From Bacilli bacterium (lineage in GTDB: Bacteria; Bacillota_I; Bacilli_A; RFN20; CAG-826), in NCBI GenBank assembly GCA_045597865.1, contig JAZLKX010000052.1:202470-266469 (forward strand): 64,000 nucleotides of DNA, written 5' to 3'. A program made the position numbers and the translations under genes. Every line of letters begins with the position of its first letter. Positions within the stretch are counted from its first letter, which is position 1. This document shows positions 9,867-18,449 of this stretch, in pieces. A model generated the notes under the pieces. It did not search any database and was not told the origin of the DNA. It saw only the letters and a list, made by a program, of their open reading frames with translations.

Positions 9867-10619
9867 ATGGATTGGTCGGAATATCTAAATCAACAACTGA
9901 CTGAAACCCTTAAAAAGAAAGTAGTCATTCGTAATTCAAAGAAGGTCTATAAATGGGTTAGCTCAGACCCTGATAAGTATGATGTCGTTCGTGATGAAAA
10001 TGGCAACTTTCACGAAGTACCGCGTGATAAAGCATTGGACAAGAAAAAGTCGTTAATCGCAAAAGTGGTTCAAAAAACATCAAAGAGCAAAGGTAAAGCA
10101 AAACGTGCAGCATCATTCAAAGCTCGTGAACGCATGAATCTTGAATATGATAAAGAGCTACCTGATATTGTTCGCTCAAGAGGTCCTGGTGGGCACACAC
10201 CAGGCGGACCAATGAAAGAGTCAACACTTAATGAAGCACCGCATTCATACTTATACAGCGATGATGCAGGCGACCATATCTGGGACTTTTATGCTGAGAT
10301 TAGAAACGACTGCAGTTGGCTTCTTGACGTAGTTTCAATTTATCAAGAACGTAAGTTATTGACTCAGGACGGTGGTGCTCAAGAAAACGAAGAGCTACTT
10401 GATATTCCTGAAGAAGCGCTTCCTGAGATTACTGACAACCTAATGTATAACATTGAGTTCTTACTTATTGCTGCTAAAGATTTTGTAAGAGCTCCAATGG
10501 ATATTAAAAACAAGTTCAAAAATGGCATTCCTGTTAAACTTTTTGATGCGTTAAAACCTTACATTGATAAAATGCAACGCAAAACTCCGCTGTCCGACTA
10601 TCAGGACGACAATAAATAA
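9867..10619 (+). CDS. prohead core protein, gp68-like N-terminal half
   Basis: LTE then basic KKKVVIRN...KAKRAASFKARERMNL; second TLNEA site; lies just before portal. Confidence 0.45.
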   Translation: MDWSEYLNQQLTETLKKKVVIRNSKKVYKWVSSDPDKYDVVRDENGNFHEVPRDKALDKKKSLIAKVVQKTSKSKGKAKRAASFKARERMNLEYDKELPDIVRSRGPGGHTPGGPMKESTLNEAPHSYLYSDDAGDHIWDFYAEIRNDCSWLLDVVSIYQERKLLTQDGGAQENEELLDIPEEALPEITDNLMYNIEFLLIAAKDFVRAPMDIKNKFKNGIPVKLFDALKPYIDKMQRKTPLSDYQDDNK

Positions 10620-10639
10620 ACTAGCAGTGAGGATATAAA

Positions 10640-12247
10640 ATGGATTTTCAATTATGGAACCCGTTCTCTAGCCGATTCTTGCAGGTGATACCTGATAAAG
10701 CACAGACTAGAGAAAAAGAAACAAAGCTAAATTCATACGGTGTTGGCGAAGATACACTTGACTTGGGTAAGCTCATTCGCGGCTATTCAAATTCAAGCAC
10801 AGTAACCACATACCCATTTGAACAGAATAACATCGTCTTTGATACTTTGTTCACAACAAAGCGTCAGCGTGTGAACTGGTACCGCACAATGTCAAACTAT
10901 TCATTCGTCAAGAAACTTATCAATATCATTTGTAATGAATGTGTTGCTAAGGGCGTAAATGGTGAAATGGCAAGGCTAGAAATTGACCCTGCATATCGTG
11001 ACCAGTTTACTGACTATGAATACAATTCGTTGGTCAAGGAATTTAACTACATCATTAACGCTGTGCTTCAAAAGAATAAGCTCAAAAAGCTTTTCCGTAA
11101 GTGGCTTATTGACGGTGAATTATTCCTTGAAGTTTGCTTGAATGATGAAGGCGACTGTATCGCCGGTGTTAAGGCATTGCCTCCGTACTGCACACTTTGT
11201 GTTTACAATGAAGGCATTTTGACTGGCTTTGTTCAGGACCCATCTTTGATTAGTCCAGAACATTCAAAGAATGAAATCAAAACATTTACACGAAACCAAA
11301 TCGCTTATTCAAACTACGGCGTTTACGGCAATAATCTCAATGATGTTAAAGGTCACCTTGAGGCTGCTATTCGTCCAGTGAATATGCTTCGTGCTTTGCA
11401 GGACGCACAGAACGTTTATTTCATGACTCGTGCACCAGAAAAGAGAATTTGGAAAATCAATGCTGGCGGTAAGCCGGCAGCCCAGCAACAGGAATACTTA
11501 CAACAGTGCATCTATCAGTACCGTCAAGATCTTCGTTTAGATCCTCACTCCGGTCTTGTAAACGGTGCGCAGAATACACAAGCATTGACTCAAGACTTCT
11601 GGTTTACAACTGACCGTAATGGTCAGGGTTCAACTGTTGAAACATTCCAGGGTGGACAAACACTTCAGGGTTTGACTGAATCTATTCAGAGCTATCGTGA
11701 AGAAGTCGCTGATGCTATGGAAGTTCCGGGTACCCGTTGGAAGGGTGAACCTGGTTCATCACAGTATGTTCAGGGTGTTGAAGGCTTGAGCATTGATGAA
11801 AGCTCATTCCAGTTACGCTGTGATGAATGGGCTAGCGATTTTGCTGAAATCATTAAGCAGCTTCTTATCGTTCAGCTACAGGTTGCTGGCTACGATGAAA
11901 AGTATTTGGACAATAAGATTTACAACATCTCATTGATTCCTGCTACTGATACAACAAAATATCGTGAAATGGCTCTCGCAGAAAAACGCGCTGCTGTTCT
12001 TGGTTCTGTTGCTACTATGATGCCTACCAGAGCTAATATCAAGGACGATGGCGATGAAGCTCCTCCGATGTTTGCTACCAACTTCGTATTGGGAGAAATG
12101 TGTGGTTATTCAACTGAACAGTTAATGAAGAACCGTCAGTCTCTTGAAAACGAAATCGCTGAAATGAGAATTAAGGCTGAAGCTGCTAAGGAAGAAGGCG
12201 GTGATGATGAAGACGGCGACAGCGATGATGGTGACATGGACTTCTAA
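10640..12247 (+). CDS. gp20: portal vertex protein
   Basis: FRKWLIDGELF, GHLEAAIRPVNMLRALQDA..YFMTRAPEKRIW, QDFWF...GSTVETFQGGQ are T4 gp20 motifs. Confidence 0.95.
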   Translation: MDFQLWNPFSSRFLQVIPDKAQTREKETKLNSYGVGEDTLDLGKLIRGYSNSSTVTTYPFEQNNIVFDTLFTTKRQRVNWYRTMSNYSFVKKLINIICNECVAKGVNGEMARLEIDPAYRDQFTDYEYNSLVKEFNYIINAVLQKNKLKKLFRKWLIDGELFLEVCLNDEGDCIAGVKALPPYCTLCVYNEGILTGFVQDPSLISPEHSKNEIKTFTRNQIAYSNYGVYGNNLNDVKGHLEAAIRPVNMLRALQDAQNVYFMTRAPEKRIWKINAGGKPAAQQQEYLQQCIYQYRQDLRLDPHSGLVNGAQNTQALTQDFWFTTDRNGQGSTVETFQGGQTLQGLTESIQSYREEVADAMEVPGTRWKGEPGSSQYVQGVEGLSIDESSFQLRCDEWASDFAEIIKQLLIVQLQVAGYDEKYLDNKIYNISLIPATDTTKYREMALAEKRAAVLGSVATMMPTRANIKDDGDEAPPMFATNFVLGEMCGYSTEQLMKNRQSLENEIAEMRIKAEAAKEEGGDDEDGDSDDGDMDF

Positions 12248-12954
12248 TGAATTATAATGGCCAAAAGGCAATTATTAGTTTGACTTCGTGGGCTGGGCGA
12301 ATTGGTGATACTGCACCAGTTGCCCTCCACAATATCATTACTATGTGCCCTGATTTTCATATCGTATTGGTTTTAAGTGAAGACGAATTTCCAAACAAAG
12401 AAGCTGGCCTTCCACCGATGATACAACAATTAGCTGAAACTCGTATTGAAATTTTATGGGTTAAGAAAAACTACAAAACATTAAAGAAAGTTTTATTCAC
12501 AATGGCTAAGTATCGTGATGTGCCAATAATTTCAGCTGATGATGACCGTGTATATCGCTGTAATTTTGCGCAGATCCTGTATGACGAATGGAAAGCAAGC
12601 GGAAACAAGATTGTCACTATGGATGTAGCTGATTTTCGTAATGGAAATTATACTGCTGGGTGGGGTACTTTGTATGCGCCAAATTGTTTTGAAGACATTG
12701 ATGGAATCATCGCGGAAATAAATAAACCTGAGAATAAAATTTACTATGATGACGATGATGCTTATATGGAAGTATTGCGGTGCAGACATGTGATTTTTCC
12801 TAAACATGCAACTATAGAAGGTCCTTCAAATGAACAGTTAGCAACCATGAAAGATCAGTTTAAGATTTATACGAATGCAGAATTACATGGTAAAATAAGA
12901 ATGAAACAGGGTAAAGACACAGATGGTTTCATCTTTACTTACTTAGGACTATAA
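12247..12954 (+). CDS. glycosyltransferase, GT-A fold
   Basis: IISLTSW..RI, LVLSEDEFP, IISADDDRVY (DxD); translationally coupled to portal (TAATG). Confidence 0.7.
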   Translation: MNYNGQKAIISLTSWAGRIGDTAPVALHNIITMCPDFHIVLVLSEDEFPNKEAGLPPMIQQLAETRIEILWVKKNYKTLKKVLFTMAKYRDVPIISADDDRVYRCNFAQILYDEWKASGNKIVTMDVADFRNGNYTAGWGTLYAPNCFEDIDGIIAEINKPENKIYYDDDDAYMEVLRCRHVIFPKHATIEGPSNEQLATMKDQFKIYTNAELHGKIRMKQGKDTDGFIFTYLGL

Positions 12955-12990
12955 ACATTATAAATAAAATATAGAAAGGAGATTTTAATC

Positions 12991-13572
12991 ATGGCCGAAA
13001 ACAATATGAGCGTTTTTACTACTAATATCAAGAACTTAGAAGACCTTGCTAAACAGTATCTATTTCAGGTAAATTTCAAGTTTGATAATAAAGCACTAGC
13101 TGACATGCTTGGCACTGAAGATTTGATGCTTCGTGCTAAGACTGCATCTATGCCTGCTAAATCATTCGGTGAATTAACCACTGAATATATGGGCTCAAAG
13201 CTTGTTTACCCTGGTAAGGCAACTGTAGATGGTGACCTTTCCATTACATTTGATGAATTCCAGGATATGACAATTTCTAAGACATTCCATCGCTGGCAGA
13301 ACTTAATGTTTAACCATGCCATTGATGATGACATTGATGCACAAGGCACCACAGGTGGCGCATATTCAAATATGCTTAAGGATTATACTGCAACTATCAC
13401 CGTTGACTTGTATGATTCTACTTTGACTACAAAGCTACCAATTTCCTATGAATTCAAGTTTGCATGGCCTAAGGAATTTGCATCCGCTGAATTGAATATG
13501 GAAGGTGACGGCAAGATTCAGCGTTCTGTCACATTTAAGTATTCTACTTATAAAGTAATTTCAAACCGTTAA
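12991..13572 (+). CDS. gp19: tail tube protein
   Basis: AKTASMP..FGE....YMG.KLVYPGK, ITFDE, FKFAWPK....ELN, VTFKY match gp19 family. Confidence 0.88.
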   Translation: MAENNMSVFTTNIKNLEDLAKQYLFQVNFKFDNKALADMLGTEDLMLRAKTASMPAKSFGELTTEYMGSKLVYPGKATVDGDLSITFDEFQDMTISKTFHRWQNLMFNHAIDDDIDAQGTTGGAYSNMLKDYTATITVDLYDSTLTTKLPISYEFKFAWPKEFASAELNMEGDGKIQRSVTFKYSTYKVISNR

Positions 13573-13582
13573 GAGGTAAACA

Positions 13583-13930
13583 ATGGATTTAGCACAGTAC
13601 GCCATCAGCGAGTTGGAAAGCACTCGCCCCGTAAATGAATCTACATCGGTCTACGGTAAGACTGATGTATTCAAGGGTGATAAGTACTGCGGTCCTCACC
13701 ATCACGATTACGTTTTGTGGGCACCCCAGATTGGTTGGGGCAAGACCGGTGACGCATTAGACGATCCTGAAAAAGGCAAGATCTGTGCTGGAACCCATGA
13801 ACATATGATTGTTGATGGTAAGGTACTTGAAGCATTTGGGCATACTCATAAGCTTCTTGCAGGTACTAATGTTCTAGATACAAACCCTGCTCCAATGCAG
13901 GCAACAAAGGTAGTGGAGGTTGATGACTAA
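13583..13930 (+). CDS. small His-rich (HxH x3) putative metal-binding protein
   Basis: GPHHHDY, GTHEHMI, GHTHKL; N-terminal ELES/VNES motifs. Confidence 0.6.
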   Translation: MDLAQYAISELESTRPVNESTSVYGKTDVFKGDKYCGPHHHDYVLWAPQIGWGKTGDALDDPEKGKICAGTHEHMIVDGKVLEAFGHTHKLLAGTNVLDTNPAPMQATKVVEVDD

Positions 13931-14403
13931 TGGAAAACGAAGTTCAAATTGAAGTTCAGACAACTGCTCAGAAAGAACAGGTTCCAACCGACTTCCTTTC
14001 ATTCCTTGCCAGCACAACAGACAATGAATGTTCAAAACTTTACACCTTTGCAGTTGATGCACTAACCTTTTCAAATAAGGTAAACATTTATCATTGGACT
14101 TGTAAGTCCGGTTTCCAGCATACACACTTTGAAGAAGTTTACGAAATCATCAGAAAGTTTGCTGACAGGCTCGTTGAAACGGTCATGTCAATGGGTTACG
14201 AATTTAAGATCGAGTCAAAGAACTATCTGATTAACGGTGAACTATTTGATTTTGAAGGTGCTATGCTAAAGCTTCAGGCATTCCGAGATGAGCTAGAAGC
14301 GAAAAAGAAACAGTACTCTACTAAGATTTCTTTGGATAATCTCTTTGGCGATACCATTGAGGCGTTGGATAAAGAAATCGGGCTCTTAAAGAATTTTACC
14401 TAA
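13930..14403 (+). CDS. ferritin/Dps-like four-helix protein
   Basis: IYHW...GFQHTHFEEVYE......DRLVE matches the Dps ferroxidase-type HW/H/D..E pattern. Confidence 0.7.
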   Translation: MENEVQIEVQTTAQKEQVPTDFLSFLASTTDNECSKLYTFAVDALTFSNKVNIYHWTCKSGFQHTHFEEVYEIIRKFADRLVETVMSMGYEFKIESKNYLINGELFDFEGAMLKLQAFRDELEAKKKQYSTKISLDNLFGDTIEALDKEIGLLKNFT

Positions 14404-14419
14404 GGGTTTAAAACATACT

Positions 14420-14449
14420 GCCGTGGACTGAAACATGTCCACGGTTTTT
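14420..14449 (+). terminator. intrinsic terminator
   Basis: CCGTGGAC-N8-GTCCACGG followed by TTTTT. Confidence 0.75.
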
Positions 14450-14550
14450 CAGACTTATAAACCTAGGATATTGGGTTTGAAAACCTAATAAATAATTTAA
14501 GAGTATGGAAATAACACATCTCGGTGTATAAAACAAATTGGAGGATTAAC

Positions 14551-15513
14551 ATGGATAAGATTATTGAAAAACTTGCTGGTGTCCTTTCCGCAGAAGACTT
14601 GAATGAAGTCAAGGCTGCATTTGAGGCTGCTGTCACTGAACGCTTGCAAGCTAAACTTGATGAAGAAACTTCAAATCTTGCCAAGAAAGCTGAAGAATTC
14701 TGCCAGTTGAGAATCAAGGAAGCAGTTGAAAAGAAGACTGCTGAATTGGAAAACCTAGCTAATAAGTATTGTGAAGAACGCTGTGCCAAGATTACTGAAA
14801 AGGCACAGGCTCGCCTTGATGCTCAAACCAAGCAGTTGGAAGAAGCAGCTCAGCAATACATTTACATGTTCTTTGAAGAAAAGTATCAGGAACGTTGCGG
14901 CCAGGATCTCAAGGAGCTCGAAGAAAGCTTGATTGGTACCCTTGACAATTATCTTGAGTATACTATCTCCGAAAAGATTAGTCCTGCACTTATTAAGCAA
15001 ACTGCTATCAACGAAACATACGAGCCGATCATCAAGGTCATTCAGAACGCTTTTGAAGACAAGTTTGTGCCGCTTGACACAACTGGTACTCGCAAGATTC
15101 AGGAATGCAAGGTTGAAAACGCTCAGTTGAGAAAGGATCTTGCTACTCAGTGCAATGAAGTTCATCGCTTGAATGAAATGGTGGACAAGGCTAATAAGCG
15201 TGCCCTTATTGCTGAAAAGACAGCTGGTCTAGCACCCTCACAGGTTGCTAGAGTCAAGAACATGTTTGAAAGCAAGAGCTATGCTGCTACAAAGAAGGAA
15301 ATTGATTCCTATGTTGAAGTAATGAATGAACGTGCCCCTCTTATGAAGAGACCGGCTCAGCGCCTTCAGGAAAACACAACATTGAAAACAAAATCCTTGA
15401 ATGTAGAAGATACCACGGAAGATATCATTACTGAAAAATATCAGCCAAAGAAGAAAATGTCACAGACGGATTCCTTCTTGCTCCAGGCTGCTCACTTTTC
15501 AAGAGAAAAATAA
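14551..15513 (+). CDS. gp22: prohead core scaffold protein
   Basis: Coiled coil, FEAAV, LDNYLEY; directly upstream of capsid gene; GGAGG RBS favours ATG 14551. Confidence 0.85.
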   Translation: MDKIIEKLAGVLSAEDLNEVKAAFEAAVTERLQAKLDEETSNLAKKAEEFCQLRIKEAVEKKTAELENLANKYCEERCAKITEKAQARLDAQTKQLEEAAQQYIYMFFEEKYQERCGQDLKELEESLIGTLDNYLEYTISEKISPALIKQTAINETYEPIIKVIQNAFEDKFVPLDTTGTRKIQECKVENAQLRKDLATQCNEVHRLNEMVDKANKRALIAEKTAGLAPSQVARVKNMFESKSYAATKKEIDSYVEVMNERAPLMKRPAQRLQENTTLKTKSLNVEDTTEDIITEKYQPKKKMSQTDSFLLQAAHFSREK

Positions 15514-15540
15514 AAAGTCAAATAATAAATAAAATAAAAT

Positions 15541-15560
15541 GACAAACTAAATAGTTTGTC
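15541..15560 (+). promoter_or_regulatory. 5' leader hairpin of capsid mRNA
   Basis: GACAAACTA-AA-TAGTTTGTC inverted repeat just downstream of an AATAAATA box. Confidence 0.5.
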
Positions 15561-15595
15561 TCAGTGATTTAATTCAAAACTCATCGGAGGATTAA

Positions 15596-16879
15596 ATGAG
15601 AGGAATCAGACAAGAAATCGTTGAGCGCTGGACAAAGGAAGTTCCGGAAGGAATTTCTGTCGCCGACATTCAGAATCGCTATATCCGCGAAAACGTCGCT
15701 CAGTTGATGGAAAACCAGCAGAATGACGCAATGCATTCTACATTGAACGAAGACTTTGGTATTGGCGTGGGCGCTCCGCTCGGTGCTGACCAGGGTATCC
15801 CACACGGTGGTGACGCTAAGGCAGTTTTTGCTCCAGTTTCACTTGCACTCGTTCGCCGTGTGTTCCCGCAGTTGTTCGCAAACGTTCTCGTTGGCGTTCA
15901 GGCAATGCAGGGTCCTGTAGGTCTTGCTTACGCTATGCGTACTGTCTATAAGGACGAACTTGACCAGGGTAAGGTTGTTGAAGCTGCATGGAAGGACGTT
16001 CCAGAATACTCTGGCTTCACAGGTTCTACTGCAAATACTTCTGGCAAGATTGATGCTGGTACTGCAGTTGAAACTCAGGCTGCTGAAGGTTGGTCTATCA
16101 ATGATCATGACAAGCAGGGTAAGATCCCTGAATTGGCTATCATGTTCAGCCGTCAGGCTATCGTAGCTGGCACTCGTAAGATTGCTTCTAGCTTCAGCCT
16201 TGAATCTATTGATGACATCAAGAAGATGCAGGGTGTTGACATGGTTAACGACATGGTTAACGTTCTTCAGTACGAATTGACTGCTGAAATTGACCGTGAA
16301 ACAATCGCTCGTTGTAAGGCTCTTACCAAGCTTAAGACAATCCGTCCTGCTGCTGAAGCTGCTACTGACGGTTGGTCTGGACGTTGGTCTCAGGAACGTT
16401 TGAGCAACATTGTTACTCACATTATCGCTGCTTCTAACGATATTGCTATCGCAACTCGTAAGGCACCTGGTAACATTGCTGTTGTTTCTCCTGCTGTCGC
16501 AACTGCTCTTCAGTCTGCAACACAGTTCTTCAACAAGATCACACACGAAGTAACAGGTTCTACTGCAACAGTTGAAGTTGGTACTTTGAACGGTGGTCAG
16601 ATTAAGGTTTACCGCGATGCTTACGCTGTAAATAAGGGCGTTGATAACGAAGAAGTTCTCATCGCTTATAAGGGCGCATCTAACGATGACGCTGGCGTAA
16701 TCTTCTGTCCGTACGTTACTGGCGTGGTTAACCAGGCTATTGACCCGAACACATTCAGCCCTCGTATCGGTATCATGACTCGCTATGCATTTGCTAACAA
16801 CATGCTCGGCGCAGATAACTACTACCGTACATTGAAGTTCGAAGGTCTTGCTGGTAAGATTGCTGGTGATACATACTAA
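15596..16879 (+). CDS. gp23: major capsid protein
   Basis: LMENQ, LVRRVFPQL.A..LVGVQAM.GPVGL, EIDRE, G.IFCPYV, F.PRIGIMTRY; strong codon bias. Confidence 0.97.
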   Translation: MRGIRQEIVERWTKEVPEGISVADIQNRYIRENVAQLMENQQNDAMHSTLNEDFGIGVGAPLGADQGIPHGGDAKAVFAPVSLALVRRVFPQLFANVLVGVQAMQGPVGLAYAMRTVYKDELDQGKVVEAAWKDVPEYSGFTGSTANTSGKIDAGTAVETQAAEGWSINDHDKQGKIPELAIMFSRQAIVAGTRKIASSFSLESIDDIKKMQGVDMVNDMVNVLQYELTAEIDRETIARCKALTKLKTIRPAAEAATDGWSGRWSQERLSNIVTHIIAASNDIAIATRKAPGNIAVVSPAVATALQSATQFFNKITHEVTGSTATVEVGTLNGGQIKVYRDAYAVNKGVDNEEVLIAYKGASNDDAGVIFCPYVTGVVNQAIDPNTFSPRIGIMTRYAFANNMLGADNYYRTLKFEGLAGKIAGDTY

Positions 16880-16931
16880 TCGGTAGTCGGTAAATTAACA
16901 AGAAACATTTTTTCATAGGAGAAATAAAAAT

Positions 16932-17441
16932 ATGAAACCTACAGTTCAAGCTCCTGACTTCTACAAGATTGGTAATGACTACGCTCAGGCACCGCTTTCT
17001 AGTTTCTTTGATACATCAGTATTGCCTGCTGACGAAATTGAAAAGAAGGCATTGGCAATTCTTGGTTATAAGGCAGTTCCCGCAGAAGTTACAGATGAAA
17101 CTCAGGCTGGTTATGATAAGTGGATGACATGGTCAGCACTTACTGCACAGCTTGCTGAAACACCTGCATTCTATCAGGATGGCATCTATACCAAGCTCGC
17201 TGCTGATCTCGCAGCTGGCGAATACAGCGCTGCTCCGTTCAAGAATCCGGAAGGCTTTAACAAGCGCCGCGTATACGAAGATGACAAGACTGTTCTTCTT
17301 AACGTTGGTGAAACCTACGGTAAGGACGGCGAAAACGTTAAGGTTACTGAAGACAAGGAACAGCCTGCATACGACTCTAAGCAGTACGGTGCAGCTGATA
17401 TCGTTGCCGAAGAACAGTACGTTGAAGGTGACGAAGCCTAA
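16932..17441 (+). CDS. highly expressed protein co-transcribed with capsid, possible decoration protein
   Basis: Same codon bias as gp23, AGGAG RBS, lies between capsid gene and strong terminator. Confidence 0.55.
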   Translation: MKPTVQAPDFYKIGNDYAQAPLSSFFDTSVLPADEIEKKALAILGYKAVPAEVTDETQAGYDKWMTWSALTAQLAETPAFYQDGIYTKLAADLAAGEYSAAPFKNPEGFNKRRVYEDDKTVLLNVGETYGKDGENVKVTEDKEQPAYDSKQYGAADIVAEEQYVEGDEA

Positions 17442-17462
17442 TCTGAAAGTCAGATAAAAATT

Positions 17463-17493
17463 AAAAAGCTACCCTTTCGGGGGTAGCTTTTTT
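17463..17493 (+). terminator. intrinsic terminator
   Basis: AAAAAGCTACCC-TTTCG-GGGTAGCTTTTTT. Confidence 0.85.
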
Positions 17494-17541
17494 CGTCTAA
17501 TAAATACAACAAAAATTAAACCATTCGTGAGGTGATTTATT

Positions 17542-18369
17542 ATGGAATCTAAAAAGATTATTCGTAATGTCAATGTCGGCGGCGAACTTGGTTCCGCTGC
17601 TGAAGATGCAATGACACAGGCAGGTGTTGGCGTATCGCAAATGCCTGAAGATGCCGTTATTATTAACAATTCTATGCTGCCATCAAAAGGTGTATGCTAT
17701 GGCGGAAAACAGCTTTATATTACGCCGTTGACTTCCAAGAACTTAAAGGACCTCAATACAATGACTGAAGAAACAGCAAACGCAACGCTTAATAATGTTC
17801 TTGCTGAACGAATTGGCGGTATTGACCATCGTGATATTCTTCAGGGTGATAAGATCTGGCTTATCTTCTACCTTCGTGCAGTTACATACGATGATTTCCC
17901 AATCTTTATGAAGTACAACTGTCCAGACTGCAAACGCGCTGATGTTTATAAAATGCGCATGGCTGACTTGAATGTCAATTATGTTAAGGAAGATTTTGAC
18001 TTCAAGCTAAAGCTACCTAAGTCAAATGATTTGCTTACTTTGCGTTTCCCAACATTGGGACATGAAGCAAAGGGCGAAAAGCTCAAGAATGATACCAACA
18101 TCATTGAAGCAGTTGACCCTGAACTTGTTGACGTATCTTTGTATATTGCTGAAGTAAATGGCGAAAGCTTGACTACATACGAAGCATATAACTACACAAA
18201 GAACATGAAGGCATTGGACTTCGCAGCATTCACAAACAATATGATTGACAACAACATTGGTCTAAACCCAATCGTTGAAATCCCTTGTGCATGTGGCATA
18301 GTTGTATCTAAGAGAATTGGATTTACACCTGATTTCTTCATGCCTAAGTTTGATAAGTATCAGGCTTAA
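17542..18369 (+). CDS. baseplate hub assembly protein, gp26-like
   Basis: LPSKG..Y, GDKIWLIFYLR..TY, CPDC, LPKS...LTLRFPT, C.CG...FTPDFF. Confidence 0.7.
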   Translation: MESKKIIRNVNVGGELGSAAEDAMTQAGVGVSQMPEDAVIINNSMLPSKGVCYGGKQLYITPLTSKNLKDLNTMTEETANATLNNVLAERIGGIDHRDILQGDKIWLIFYLRAVTYDDFPIFMKYNCPDCKRADVYKMRMADLNVNYVKEDFDFKLKLPKSNDLLTLRFPTLGHEAKGEKLKNDTNIIEAVDPELVDVSLYIAEVNGESLTTYEAYNYTKNMKALDFAAFTNNMIDNNIGLNPIVEIPCACGIVVSKRIGFTPDFFMPKFDKYQA

Positions 18370-18387
18370 TTGATTTACCATCTAGCT

Positions 18388-18415
18388 TGGGTGACTATTT
18401 TAGTCACCCATTTTT
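18388..18415 (+). terminator. intrinsic terminator
   Basis: TGGGTGACTA/TAGTCACCCA hairpin followed by TTTTT. Confidence 0.8.
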
Positions 18416-18449
18416 CTTTATAAATAATATAAAGAAAGAAGGTACATAA

